Virus record (IMG/VR): IMGVR_UViG_3300046787_000508
Coordinates: 96,001 to 160,000 of that record
Origin: a virus
Lineage: Duplodnaviria; Caudoviricetes
Reading direction: 5' to 3' (one strand)
DNA length: 64,000 nucleotides
Of the stretch, positions 55,506-63,145 are shown piece by piece. Position numbers and translations under genes: made by a program. The notes beneath the pieces were generated by a model. It made no database searches. It was not told the origin of the DNA and was given only the letters and a program-made list of their open reading frames with translations. Every line of letters starts with the position of its first letter. Position 1 is the stretch's first letter.

Positions 55506-55849
55506 TTATTAAGGTTTATTATTGTTTTACCAATTTGGTTATTACTATAATCCACCAGTGTTAAATATAAATACTTTGACTGTATGGAATTAGTGTAAAT
55601 TTTCTTTATATTTTCACCGATTTGTCCGTTAAATTTTTCCTTACTAATAACTTGACCGGATTCCTTATCTGTTAAGATTAAAATATATGTTCCCGATGAT
55701 GGTAAATCAAAATGTATTGACTGACCATTTGAAACACTACTTTCGGTAACACTAAAGATATCATCTATAGCCATTACCTCAGGATATGGTAGCTCGGGTT
55801 TAGTACATCCTACTAATAAAATCAACGACATTAATATTAGTTTCTTCAT
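55502..55849 (-). CDS. Lipoprotein paralog resembling a T9SS C-terminal sorting domain
   Basis: LVG-CTKPE lipobox; F.LPSSG.Y.L.L.D..SGQ+I......G.N...I......YLYL.L. Confidence 0.55.
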   Translation of the reverse strand: MKKLILMSLILLVGCTKPELPYPEVMAIDDIFSVTESSVSNGQSIHFDLPSSGTYILILTDKESGQVISKEKFNGQIGENIKKIYTNSIQSKYLYLTLVDYSNNQIGKTIINLNK

Positions 55850-58155
55850 TAGTTTACCTTTATTTTTAATTGTGTTCCACTCTTACTTACAGCGTCGGTA
55901 TTCGATATTGAAGTCAATCCCAATATACTACTCAATCCTTGCAATGGTAAGAACGTTATTTTATATTCAGTTGTCTTGTCCAATGTAGTTGAACCATCTG
56001 TTATCAATGAACCCAATGTTATAAATGAACCTCTGTCAGTTCCAAAATTCGTAGGTGTTCCTTTTGTGGTAAATTCCACCTTTTCAAAACTTAATGCGGT
56101 GTTATCGTAGTTTAAATTGAATTGAGTCCCAACCACTTCCTGTTGTAAAGGGTCTAACGTTATTGTTACAACTAACTTACCACCGACATTCTCACCCATT
56201 AGATAAGCGTTTATTTCATTTGACGTTGTTTTTGACGATATGGACATTGTTCTCATTGAATTGGTTGCAACACCACTTATACTTTGTTGTGCTGAATGAG
56301 ATAGATTTATATCCCCCAACCAAGTCACATTAAGATTATACGTATTATTCAATACCCCACTATTCAAATTAAATGGGTATAAACTTCTCGTTGAATTTAA
56401 GACAGTATTCCAATTTGATTTAGTTATTGCATCGTATTCTGATTTACTATATAACTTCATCAAATAAGTTAAAGCAGTGTACTGTGTTATTGGTTGTATA
56501 CCTGTTATGTGTTGTAATAATCTATATGTATCTGCTTCGTTAAATATTCCGTTCCCATCCACATCTGCATTCATAAACTGTATACCTGATGTGAATTCTA
56601 ACCCACTTTGATTCCCAAATATTCCACCATTTGATAATTCTTTAAATGCCAAATAAACATCTGATATTGTAACAACACTATTATATAAAGTGTTTAATTC
56701 AGTTTGATTGTTTGCAATAATGTCAATACCATGTTGTTTGAAACTTTCGATTGGGGTAAATGTAAATTCAGATGTTAATGCATAATAACCTCCACCATTT
56801 CGTATGTTAGATGTAAATGATGAACTATTAAAGTTGAGTGGTGTTGTTGTATAGATGTACACCTCGGTCCAACCATTAGGGTCATAACTACCATAAGTTA
56901 CCGGTCCATTATATAAATCAAATAATTGTAAATTAGTTATTGTAGATGGGTCCGAAATGATACCATTTACCTCCCTACTATCTATCCCAACTCTATACCT
57001 TTGATTATACGTGTCATACTCATAAATCACGCACCATTCCACTTGTCCTGGTGTTGATGATACCTTAATACCTCCATTTGTTATTTTAGCAGTATCCAAA
57101 TCGTTTGTGATATCTACTTTACCCAAACCACTTAATACTCTCGATGTGTTGGTTGTTACACCCCATATATTATTTACATAAGTGTTTGCCTTTGCTGAAA
57201 ATTTAGTTTCATCCACATTACCACCAAAATCAATATTGAATCGTGCGGTTAATACATCTCCATTCGTGTGTGTCGTTGAATTGGTGTAAAATTCGGTAAA
57301 TGTTGCGTTATCTGGATTAGTCCAAGTCCCATATTCAATCACATATGGGTTATTATAATTGGGATGTAAATCATTCCAACAACTTGCACCATTCCATTTT
57401 GCTACGGGGTAATCTTCACTATGGTTACCACCATTTGGTTCACCACCACACCAGTTATTATAAACACCGGGAATATTACCCGCGGTTTGTCCATTCGATG
57501 TTTTCATCACAGTCCCCAATTCAGGACCATCATCAATCACCCAAGTCCCGTCAATTACTTTATCCGTTGCCGCAAACCATATGTTAGATTGTGGTACATT
57601 TGCTCTAATAAATGATTCCTCATCTGCAGATGTTAGAGTTAGTAGATACCCTTCTTGACCTTTGAATGTAGTGGCATGTGCATTTGTTTTTGCCACGGGA
57701 TAGTAAGCACCAATTGACACTGGTTTGTAAAAGTGTCCATTTACACCATTGTAATAATAACCCGTTGGATTAATCGTTGCAGCTACTGATAATTTTACAT
57801 TACCTTTATTTACACCTGTGTTCACTTTTAACGTAGTTAATGCGGTATTAATATTTGTCATCGTACCCGTCACAACTAAACGAGTTTTATTACCCGACAA
57901 CGTAAAACCACTTGCGGCTGTTAATCCTGTTGTTGTTGTTAAATAAAATGTTGTACCTGTTGGATATTCCACTAAACTAATCGATGCAAGTATCACATCG
58001 GTCGTTGAAAAACCAATTAATGAAAATCCACTAGCATCTTGTCCCGTTGTAGATGGTATAAACGATTTAGAGTCCGGAGCAGATACACTCTGTCCGAACC
58101 CTAAAAATGATGTTAATAGTAATAATATTACTAATATTTTACGCATGTTATTCAA
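55849..58155 (-). CDS. Exported protein with C-type lectin, dockerin-like and C-terminal cohesin-like domains
   Basis: Signal peptide; GYLLTLTS.DE..FI...W.....G.W...YNNW..GEPN..WND (CTL); ADVDGNGIFNEAD...L.QHI (dockerin); GTQFNLNYD...L.F (cohesin). Confidence 0.72.
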   Translation of the reverse strand: MNNMRKILVILLLLTSFLGFGQSVSAPDSKSFIPSTTGQDASGFSLIGFSTTDVILASISLVEYPTGTTFYLTTTTGLTAASGFTLSGNKTRLVVTGTMTNINTALTTLKVNTGVNKGNVKLSVAATINPTGYYYNGVNGHFYKPVSIGAYYPVAKTNAHATTFKGQEGYLLTLTSADEESFIRANVPQSNIWFAATDKVIDGTWVIDDGPELGTVMKTSNGQTAGNIPGVYNNWCGGEPNGGNHSEDYPVAKWNGASCWNDLHPNYNNPYVIEYGTWTNPDNATFTEFYTNSTTHTNGDVLTARFNIDFGGNVDETKFSAKANTYVNNIWGVTTNTSRVLSGLGKVDITNDLDTAKITNGGIKVSSTPGQVEWCVIYEYDTYNQRYRVGIDSREVNGIISDPSTITNLQLFDLYNGPVTYGSYDPNGWTEVYIYTTTPLNFNSSSFTSNIRNGGGYYALTSEFTFTPIESFKQHGIDIIANNQTELNTLYNSVVTISDVYLAFKELSNGGIFGNQSGLEFTSGIQFMNADVDGNGIFNEADTYRLLQHITGIQPITQYTALTYLMKLYSKSEYDAITKSNWNTVLNSTRSLYPFNLNSGVLNNTYNLNVTWLGDINLSHSAQQSISGVATNSMRTMSISSKTTSNEINAYLMGENVGGKLVVTITLDPLQQEVVGTQFNLNYDNTALSFEKVEFTTKGTPTNFGTDRGSFITLGSLITDGSTTLDKTTEYKITFLPLQGLSSILGLTSISNTDAVSKSGTQLKIKVN

Positions 58156-59812
58156 TAACTAAATTTATTTTTTCACCTTTAGAATCAATAGCATCCGATA
58201 GAACAAAATAAAACAATCCCGCAGTGTTTGTTAAATTTGTTTTAGGAGTAAAAATCAACTTATACGGTGTACCTGTTTTTATTCTTGCGGTTTTTAATTG
58301 GTCAATAGAACCAAATGTTAATCTACCATTATCATGAGTTGAGAAGTTTGTAATTGTACTTCCCGCATTGAAAACAACTTCATCTAATGTTAATTTTGAT
58401 TCGTCATAATTCATAATAACCTGTAAACCTGCCAAATCCGACTTAGTCAAATTCGTCAATAATACAACTTTCCCATTTTCAATTTTAGATACCACACTTA
58501 AAGTTGCGGTTTCTAAAGTTTTTGACGTATATGATAAAGTTCCGTATGTTGACATAGTTCTATTCATTGTAACCACATTAGTGTTTACCGAATTAACATA
58601 GTTTCCACTAGCAATTCTACTACTAATTTCACTTGGCGATGATGAGTGTGACCAATCTAAATCTCCACCCCAAGCGTAAACCATATCAACAACTTGAGTT
58701 GGAGTGGTTATGGTTACGTCATTTTTAACAATCCCATCTAACCAACCTTGGTTTAATAAACCACTATACCATCTTACTGAGGTTGATGTAGATTTAGGGA
58801 TAAATGCGTTTGTTGATACATCTATACCCATAACATGTGAAAACATATAATATGAGTCCGATTCACTAAATGCCGTTTTATTGAATGTTATTAAACCAAC
58901 TTTCTTTTCTAAAGCAGGATACGTAAAGAAATTAGTGGTACCACTTATATCAGTTTGTGAGATACCTAAAAATGCCTTATAAGCATCTGACACCGTTACA
59001 ATATTATTCATAAATGATTTCTGATTGGCAGGTGCAACAAATACACCGAATTCATCACCTACTTTTACTTCAGTAGTGAATAACGCCTCTCCTGTCCCAT
59101 CTAATTGTTTAACTGCAATAGGTTGTTGAGTCCAATCAATTTGTTTAGTTCCGTCTGTTTTTAATTTCATTAATTGAACACTATGGTCTGTTATGTTCGT
59201 ATATGAAGATGGAAATAAAACTCTAACTTTAAATTGGGAAGTGTTACCGACAACGTTAGTTAATGAAATCCCATCCGTTGATGTGGTAATTGGTGATATA
59301 TATAAACCCGCGGCATCAATTGAATATGATAAATCTAATTTATGAATATTATTATATGTGTTTTGGTCTTTTATAATATATTTTTGAGTTGCCAACAAAC
59401 CGTCAATTGAATTATCGGTTCTCTGTAATGTAATTTGACCAACATTCCAATCAGGGTTCGATAAATAATTCCAAGGAGTTGTTGTATATTGACCATACAA
59501 TGATTTAGAGTCAACATTCTGAGATGGTGTAAATGAATAATTATTCCACCCAGTATAATAAGTTTGAACTGATGACCCTTGATTATATGTGGTTGATAGG
59601 TAACTTAAAGCCTTATTATTATATTGATATCTTAACCAAAAGTAACGAGGTGTTGTAATTGGGTTTGAACCCTTGATTACGGTGTATTTTATAGTTAACG
59701 TATCACCAACCTTATATGAAGATTGTGTTACTACAGATTGATTGATTGTTAATTGTGCGAACGTTGAAAATGATATTAAAAACGTCCCAAGTAAAAATAA
59801 TATTTTTTTCAT
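58148..59812 (-). CDS. Exported protein with N- and C-terminal cohesin-like domains and a degenerate dockerin
   Basis: Signal peptide; VGDTL.I...RYQYNNKAL.Y; VTVSDAY.AF; WGGDLDWSHS; GLQVIMNYDESKL.L. Confidence 0.65.
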   Translation of the reverse strand: MKKILFLLGTFLISFSTFAQLTINQSVVTQSSYKVGDTLTIKYTVIKGSNPITTPRYFWLRYQYNNKALSYLSTTYNQGSSVQTYYTGWNNYSFTPSQNVDSKSLYGQYTTTPWNYLSNPDWNVGQITLQRTDNSIDGLLATQKYIIKDQNTYNNIHKLDLSYSIDAAGLYISPITTSTDGISLTNVVGNTSQFKVRVLFPSSYTNITDHSVQLMKLKTDGTKQIDWTQQPIAVKQLDGTGEALFTTEVKVGDEFGVFVAPANQKSFMNNIVTVSDAYKAFLGISQTDISGTTNFFTYPALEKKVGLITFNKTAFSESDSYYMFSHVMGIDVSTNAFIPKSTSTSVRWYSGLLNQGWLDGIVKNDVTITTPTQVVDMVYAWGGDLDWSHSSSPSEISSRIASGNYVNSVNTNVVTMNRTMSTYGTLSYTSKTLETATLSVVSKIENGKVVLLTNLTKSDLAGLQVIMNYDESKLTLDEVVFNAGSTITNFSTHDNGRLTFGSIDQLKTARIKTGTPYKLIFTPKTNLTNTAGLFYFVLSDAIDSKGEKINLVIE

Positions 59813-59813
59813 T

Positions 59814-60353
59814 TTATTTCGTGTTTGTGAATATTTTATTAATTAATGACACACATGTCTTTTTAATTGCAGAAGACAATGCTTGTTGGTTTACTTTATC
59901 ACTACCTGAATCGGTAATTAATGTTGATGTAGAAATTTCGCTACTTGATTCCTCAGCAACGGCATCCTTTATCTTTTTCCCATCTTTGTCAGTTAAAAAA
60001 CCACGCATAACAACTAATGTCTCCTCAACATCAGAATGGAATACGGAAACATTTCTTTTGGTTCTATTAACATCAAAGTAAAGTAGTTCAGCCCTAAAAA
60101 TGTAATCAGCGTTTTCAGGACTCTCAACAATAACATAATCTTTTTCTTGAAGAATTTCTTGAAAGATATTCTTTACCCCAAATCCAAGGTTACGATTATT
60201 GGTGAGTTTACCAATTTTAATTTTATTCTCAACACCTGAAACGTAGACTGATTTCGTCTCATCTATTGGTCTTAACACGTCTACGAAGAACGCAAACGTG
60301 AAAAGATACAATAAGGGCAGTAGAGATACATTGAGTCTCTTTATTTTTGTCAT
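59814..60353 (-). CDS. Membrane-anchored CsgG/LptE-fold-like protein
   Basis: N-terminal hydrophobic segment; VYV..VEN....G.GV...+...L......+......ADY..R.E+; ATATTTAT 5 nt upstream of MTKIK. Confidence 0.5.
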   Translation of the reverse strand: MTKIKRLNVSLLPLLYLFTFAFFVDVLRPIDETKSVYVSGVENKIKIGKLTNNRNLGFGVKNIFQEILQEKDYVIVESPENADYIFRAELLYFDVNRTKRNVSVFHSDVEETLVVMRGFLTDKDGKKIKDAVAEESSSEISTSTLITDSGSDKVNQQALSSAIKKTCVSLINKIFTNTK

Positions 60354-60416
60354 ACTAATAAATATCATCTATTAGTCAACTGATTATAAAAAAAAATAAA
60401 AATATTTTAATCTTTT

Positions 60417-60448
60417 CTTGTTTATTACAATACTTATTGTTACCTTTG
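60417..60448 (+). promoter_or_regulatory. Bacteroidota primary-sigma promoter of the tRNA array
   Basis: CTTG-N20-TACCTTTG. Confidence 0.7.
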
Positions 60449-60477
60449 TACTATAAATCAAAGGAAAAAAAAATTCA

Positions 60478-60576
60478 ATGAGACAATTTACACATACAAT
60501 GTCGTTTACAATCTGTTCAAAATGGGCGGATGAGCGTTCTATGTCCTATAGTCTCGGAATTGATGAATTAAGTTAA
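60478..60576 (+). CDS. Putative 32-aa leader peptide (attenuator)
   Basis: MRQFTHTMSFTICSKWADERSMSYSLGIDELS*, located between the promoter and the terminator. Confidence 0.6.
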   Translation: MRQFTHTMSFTICSKWADERSMSYSLGIDELS

Positions 60577-60598
60577 AAGTAAATTAACTAATAATATT

Positions 60599-60636
60599 AA
60601 AACCCTGAGACTTATAATCTCAGGGTTTTTTGTTTT
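60599..60636 (+). terminator. Intrinsic terminator directly upstream of the first tRNA
   Basis: AAAACCCTGAGA-CTTATAA-TCTCAGGGTTTTTT. Confidence 0.85.
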
Positions 60637-60706
60637 GGGCCTGATGTCAACGGCAGACCACCTGATTTGCAATCAGAGTGTTTGGGTTCGATTCCCACAG
60701 TGTCCA
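60637..60706 (+). tRNA. trnA: tRNA-Ala(UGC), atypical (bulged acceptor stem)
   Basis: CTGA-TTTGCAA-TCAG arm, GGG-TTCGATT-CCC T arm, G3:U70 pair. Confidence 0.65.
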
Positions 60707-60711
60707 CAAAT

Positions 60712-60785
60712 TGGAATATAGCTCAGTTGGTTAGAGCGTCATCCTGATACGGTGAATGTCGATGGTTCGAGTCCATCTATTCCAA
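60712..60785 (+). tRNA. trnI: tRNA-Ile(GAU)
   Basis: Full cloverleaf; loop CTGATAC. Confidence 0.93.
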
Positions 60786-60792
60786 CAACAAT

Positions 60793-60865
60793 GGTGATGT
60801 AGCTCAGATGGTAGAGCGCTACCCTGAAGAGGTAGGCGTCGGCGGTTCGAGTCCGTCCATCACCA
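60793..60865 (+). tRNA. trnF: tRNA-Phe(GAA)
   Basis: Full cloverleaf; loop CTGAAGA. Confidence 0.95.
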
Positions 60866-60869
60866 CAAT

Positions 60870-60943
60870 GACCTCGTAGCTCAGTTGGTTAGAGCACCTC
60901 ACTTTTAATGAGGGAGTCAATGGTTCGAGTCCATTCGGGGTCA
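60870..60943 (+). tRNA. trnK: tRNA-Lys(UUU)
   Basis: Full cloverleaf; loop CTTTTAA. Confidence 0.95.
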
Positions 60944-60949
60944 CAATAT

Positions 60950-61021
60950 GCTGCGGTAGTGAAGAGGTTAACACGTATCACTTTCTATGATAAGGCCGGG
61001 GTTCGATTCCCCGTCGCAGTA
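60950..61021 (+). tRNA. trnE: tRNA-Glu(UUC)
   Basis: Cloverleaf; loop CTTTCTA (U at position 37). Confidence 0.85.
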
Positions 61022-61026
61022 CAAAA

Positions 61027-61097
61027 TACAAATTAGGCTAAGGTAGCCAAATGGTCTCCAAAACCATAGGAGAAAGTTCGATTCTTTCAATTTGTGC
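61027..61097 (+). tRNA. trnW: tRNA-Trp(CCA), AT-rich and atypical
   Basis: ATGGT-CTCCAAA-ACCAT arm, GAAAG-TTCGATT-CTTTC T arm, short D loop. Confidence 0.7.
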
Positions 61098-61152
61098 AAA
61101 ATATAAATTATGAAAAAGAAATTTGATATGCATTAGGTTAAATTCCTAATAT

Positions 61153-61374
61153 ATGAAACCGTTCAAAAACAAAGTAAGTCAAACGACAACTCACAACAAA
61201 GAGTATAAAATAGTAACAAACGATAAATTCGACCCATATTGGGATGAAGGATATAATTTTTATCCGAGATATCGTAGAGGGTATAAGAACCCAAATAAAT
61301 GTATAATGAGTTTTCAAATTAGAATGTATCGAACTTGGAAACATAATAGAAAAACACAATGGAGAATAATGTAG
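61153..61374 (+). CDS. Hypothetical basic protein (73 aa)
   Basis: ORF inside the tRNA array; RTWKHNRKTQW motif. Confidence 0.55.
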   Translation: MKPFKNKVSQTTTHNKEYKIVTNDKFDPYWDEGYNFYPRYRRGYKNPNKCIMSFQIRMYRTWKHNRKTQWRIM

Positions 61375-61781
61375 AGGGATTTAAGTTAAAGGCCGAAGCT
61401 CAACTTATCCAAATCAGAGAGGAAAGAAAAAAGAGGGTAAAGGAGTATTGGGAAAATCTCCCCAAGATTGTTACTCCAAACGATGTCCCTGAATTACCAA
61501 GAGTAGATATTCAGGAATGGAAAGATTTCTACGTCCCAAAATTAATTGAGGCGGGAGCAATTGGTAAGGACGATTTGATTGAAGGTCAAATTTACATTGG
61601 TGAACATAGAAGAGCGAATGTTGCTAAATGGAACGGAAATGAATTCATTTACAATAGAGAGAAATTTGGAAACGTTTATGAAGATAAATGTAACCACTTT
61701 GAAGATGATGATGGGTTCGCTTTATTTGTTCCAATTAGATTTGGTACTGAGGAAGAATATAAGCAAAATTGTTTACAATAA
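61359..61781 (+). CDS. Hypothetical protein (140 aa)
   Basis: Clean ORF inside the tRNA array. Confidence 0.65.
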   Translation: MENNVEGFKLKAEAQLIQIREERKKRVKEYWENLPKIVTPNDVPELPRVDIQEWKDFYVPKLIEAGAIGKDDLIEGQIYIGEHRRANVAKWNGNEFIYNREKFGNVYEDKCNHFEDDDGFALFVPIRFGTEEEYKQNCLQ

Positions 61782-61790
61782 ACAATAAAG

Positions 61791-61862
61791 GGTCTCTTGG
61801 TGTAACGGATAACACGGAACACTACGAATGTTTTGTTAAAGGTTCGAATCCTTTAGAGACCT
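61791..61862 (+). tRNA. trnR: tRNA-Arg(ACG)
   Basis: Cloverleaf; loop CTACGAA. Confidence 0.9.
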
Positions 61863-61869
61863 CAAATAA

Positions 61870-61941
61870 GTCAGGTTGACCGAGTTGGTAAGGTGAAGGT
61901 CTGCAAAACCTTTTACGTTGGTTCGAATCCAACACTTGACT
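61870..61941 (+). tRNA. trnC: tRNA-Cys(GCA)
   Basis: AAGGT-CTGCAAA-ACCTT arm. Confidence 0.9.
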
Positions 61942-61950
61942 CTAATATAT

Positions 61951-62024
61951 GGTGATTGTAGCTGAAATGGTAAAGCACCTGATTGTGGTTCAGGCGATTG
62001 TGGGTTCGATTCCCACCTTTCACA
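61951..62024 (+). tRNA. trnH: tRNA-His(GUG)
   Basis: CCTGA-TTGTGGT-TCAGG arm; encoded G-1; two U:U mismatches in the acceptor stem. Confidence 0.85.
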
Positions 62025-62031
62025 CAAAAAT

Positions 62032-62115
62032 TGCGGGATGTCAGAAGATGGTATCTGGGGAGTCTCATAAGCTCTTGCGTAAGCCTCGTGGGTTCGAGTC
62101 CCACTCCCGCAACCA
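62032..62115 (+). tRNA. tRNA with CAU anticodon and long variable arm
   Basis: Loop CTCATAA; variable region TGCGTAAGCCTC; encoded CCA. Confidence 0.8.
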
Positions 62116-62150
62116 TTTACAATGATATTTATATTCGGTAAATTATTACT

Positions 62151-62969
62151 ATGGAGTATAAATGTCAATATTGTAATGAAATGTTTGTTTTTGAAAAAAA
62201 ACAACAAGCGGGAGCTCACGTAACTAACTGTTCTATGAATCCCAAAAAAAAATTAATGACCGAGAAAAGGTTATTAAGTAAGGACCAAGTAAAAATAGAT
62301 AGAGTATTAAATTGTGAAAGATGTAATCAGGAATATACAATTAATATAACCAACCATCTATTCTCAATTGGTGATTATAAAAAACATTGTTCAAGAAAAT
62401 GTGCAAACAGTAGAACACAAAAAGAAGAAACAAAAAATAAAATATCGGAATCGGTTAAAATGTGGTTTGAAAAACCTGAAGTTAAAATAAAATTATTAAA
62501 AGATAAATCAAAATATAGAAGAAATAGAAAATGTCCATCTTGTAATGATGATTTTTTAACATTAAAATCGTCAAAACAAAAATATTGTTCATTGAAATGT
62601 GCAGGTTCCGCCGGAGGTAAAAACTCTAAACAGGGGAAAAGGAGTTTAAATGAAATTATGTTTTTTGAATTATGTAGTGAACATTTTGAAGGTGTAATGT
62701 CAAACGAAAACGCGTTTAATGGTTGGGACGCTGATGTTATTCTACCAAATGAAAAAATTGCAGTTTTATGGAATGGAATTTGGCACTATAAAAAAATAAT
62801 GAAAAAACATTCATTAACCCAAGTTCAAAATAGGGATATGATTAAAATAAAGGAAATAAAAAAATTAGGGTTTAAACCATATATAATAAAAGATATGGGT
62901 TCACATAATCCAGAGTTTGTGAATGAACAATTTATTATTTTTAAAAAATATTTAGAAAATATTTTGTAA
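62151..62969 (+). mobile_element. Free-standing homing-type endonuclease (zinc-binding repeats plus Vsr/DUF559-like PD-(D/E)xK domain)
   Basis: CxxC...HxxxC, CxxC...CSxxC (twice), then WDADVILP..KIAVLWNGIWHY; ATATTTAT at 62125-62132; inserted between tRNAs. Confidence 0.7.
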
Positions 62970-62993
62970 ATTAAAAAATAAATATTACATTTG
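62963..62993 (+). promoter_or_regulatory. Bacteroidota primary-sigma promoter for the downstream tRNAs
   Basis: TTTG-N19-TACATTTG. Confidence 0.78.
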
Positions 62994-63024
62994 TACAAGA
63001 ATTAAATGTTCATTGAAAATATAT

Positions 63025-63096
63025 CGCAGGGTAGAGCAGTGGTAGCTCGGGAGGCTCATAACCTCTAGGTCGTCAGTTCGAATCTGGCCCCTGCAA
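63025..63096 (+). tRNA. trnfM: Initiator-type tRNA-fMet(CAU)
   Basis: C1:A72 mismatch; GGAGG-CTCATAA-CCTCT arm. Confidence 0.88.
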
Positions 63097-63145
63097 CAAA
63101 ACATAAGATTAATTACCTTATGTATGGAAGGTTCGAAACTTCCGA

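Noticed and set aside
57330-57700. Diversity-generating retroelement targeting the lectin domain
   Set aside because: No reverse transcriptase or template/variable repeat pair was seen in the window, and the lectin is internal rather than C-terminal.
61110-61136. Micro-ORF MKKKFDMH after tRNA-Trp
   Set aside because: It is too short and has no associated structure or terminator.
61836-62219. Minus-strand ORFs across the tRNAs (61836, 61913, 63251)
   Set aside because: They are reverse-complement translations of tRNA and ncRNA sequence.
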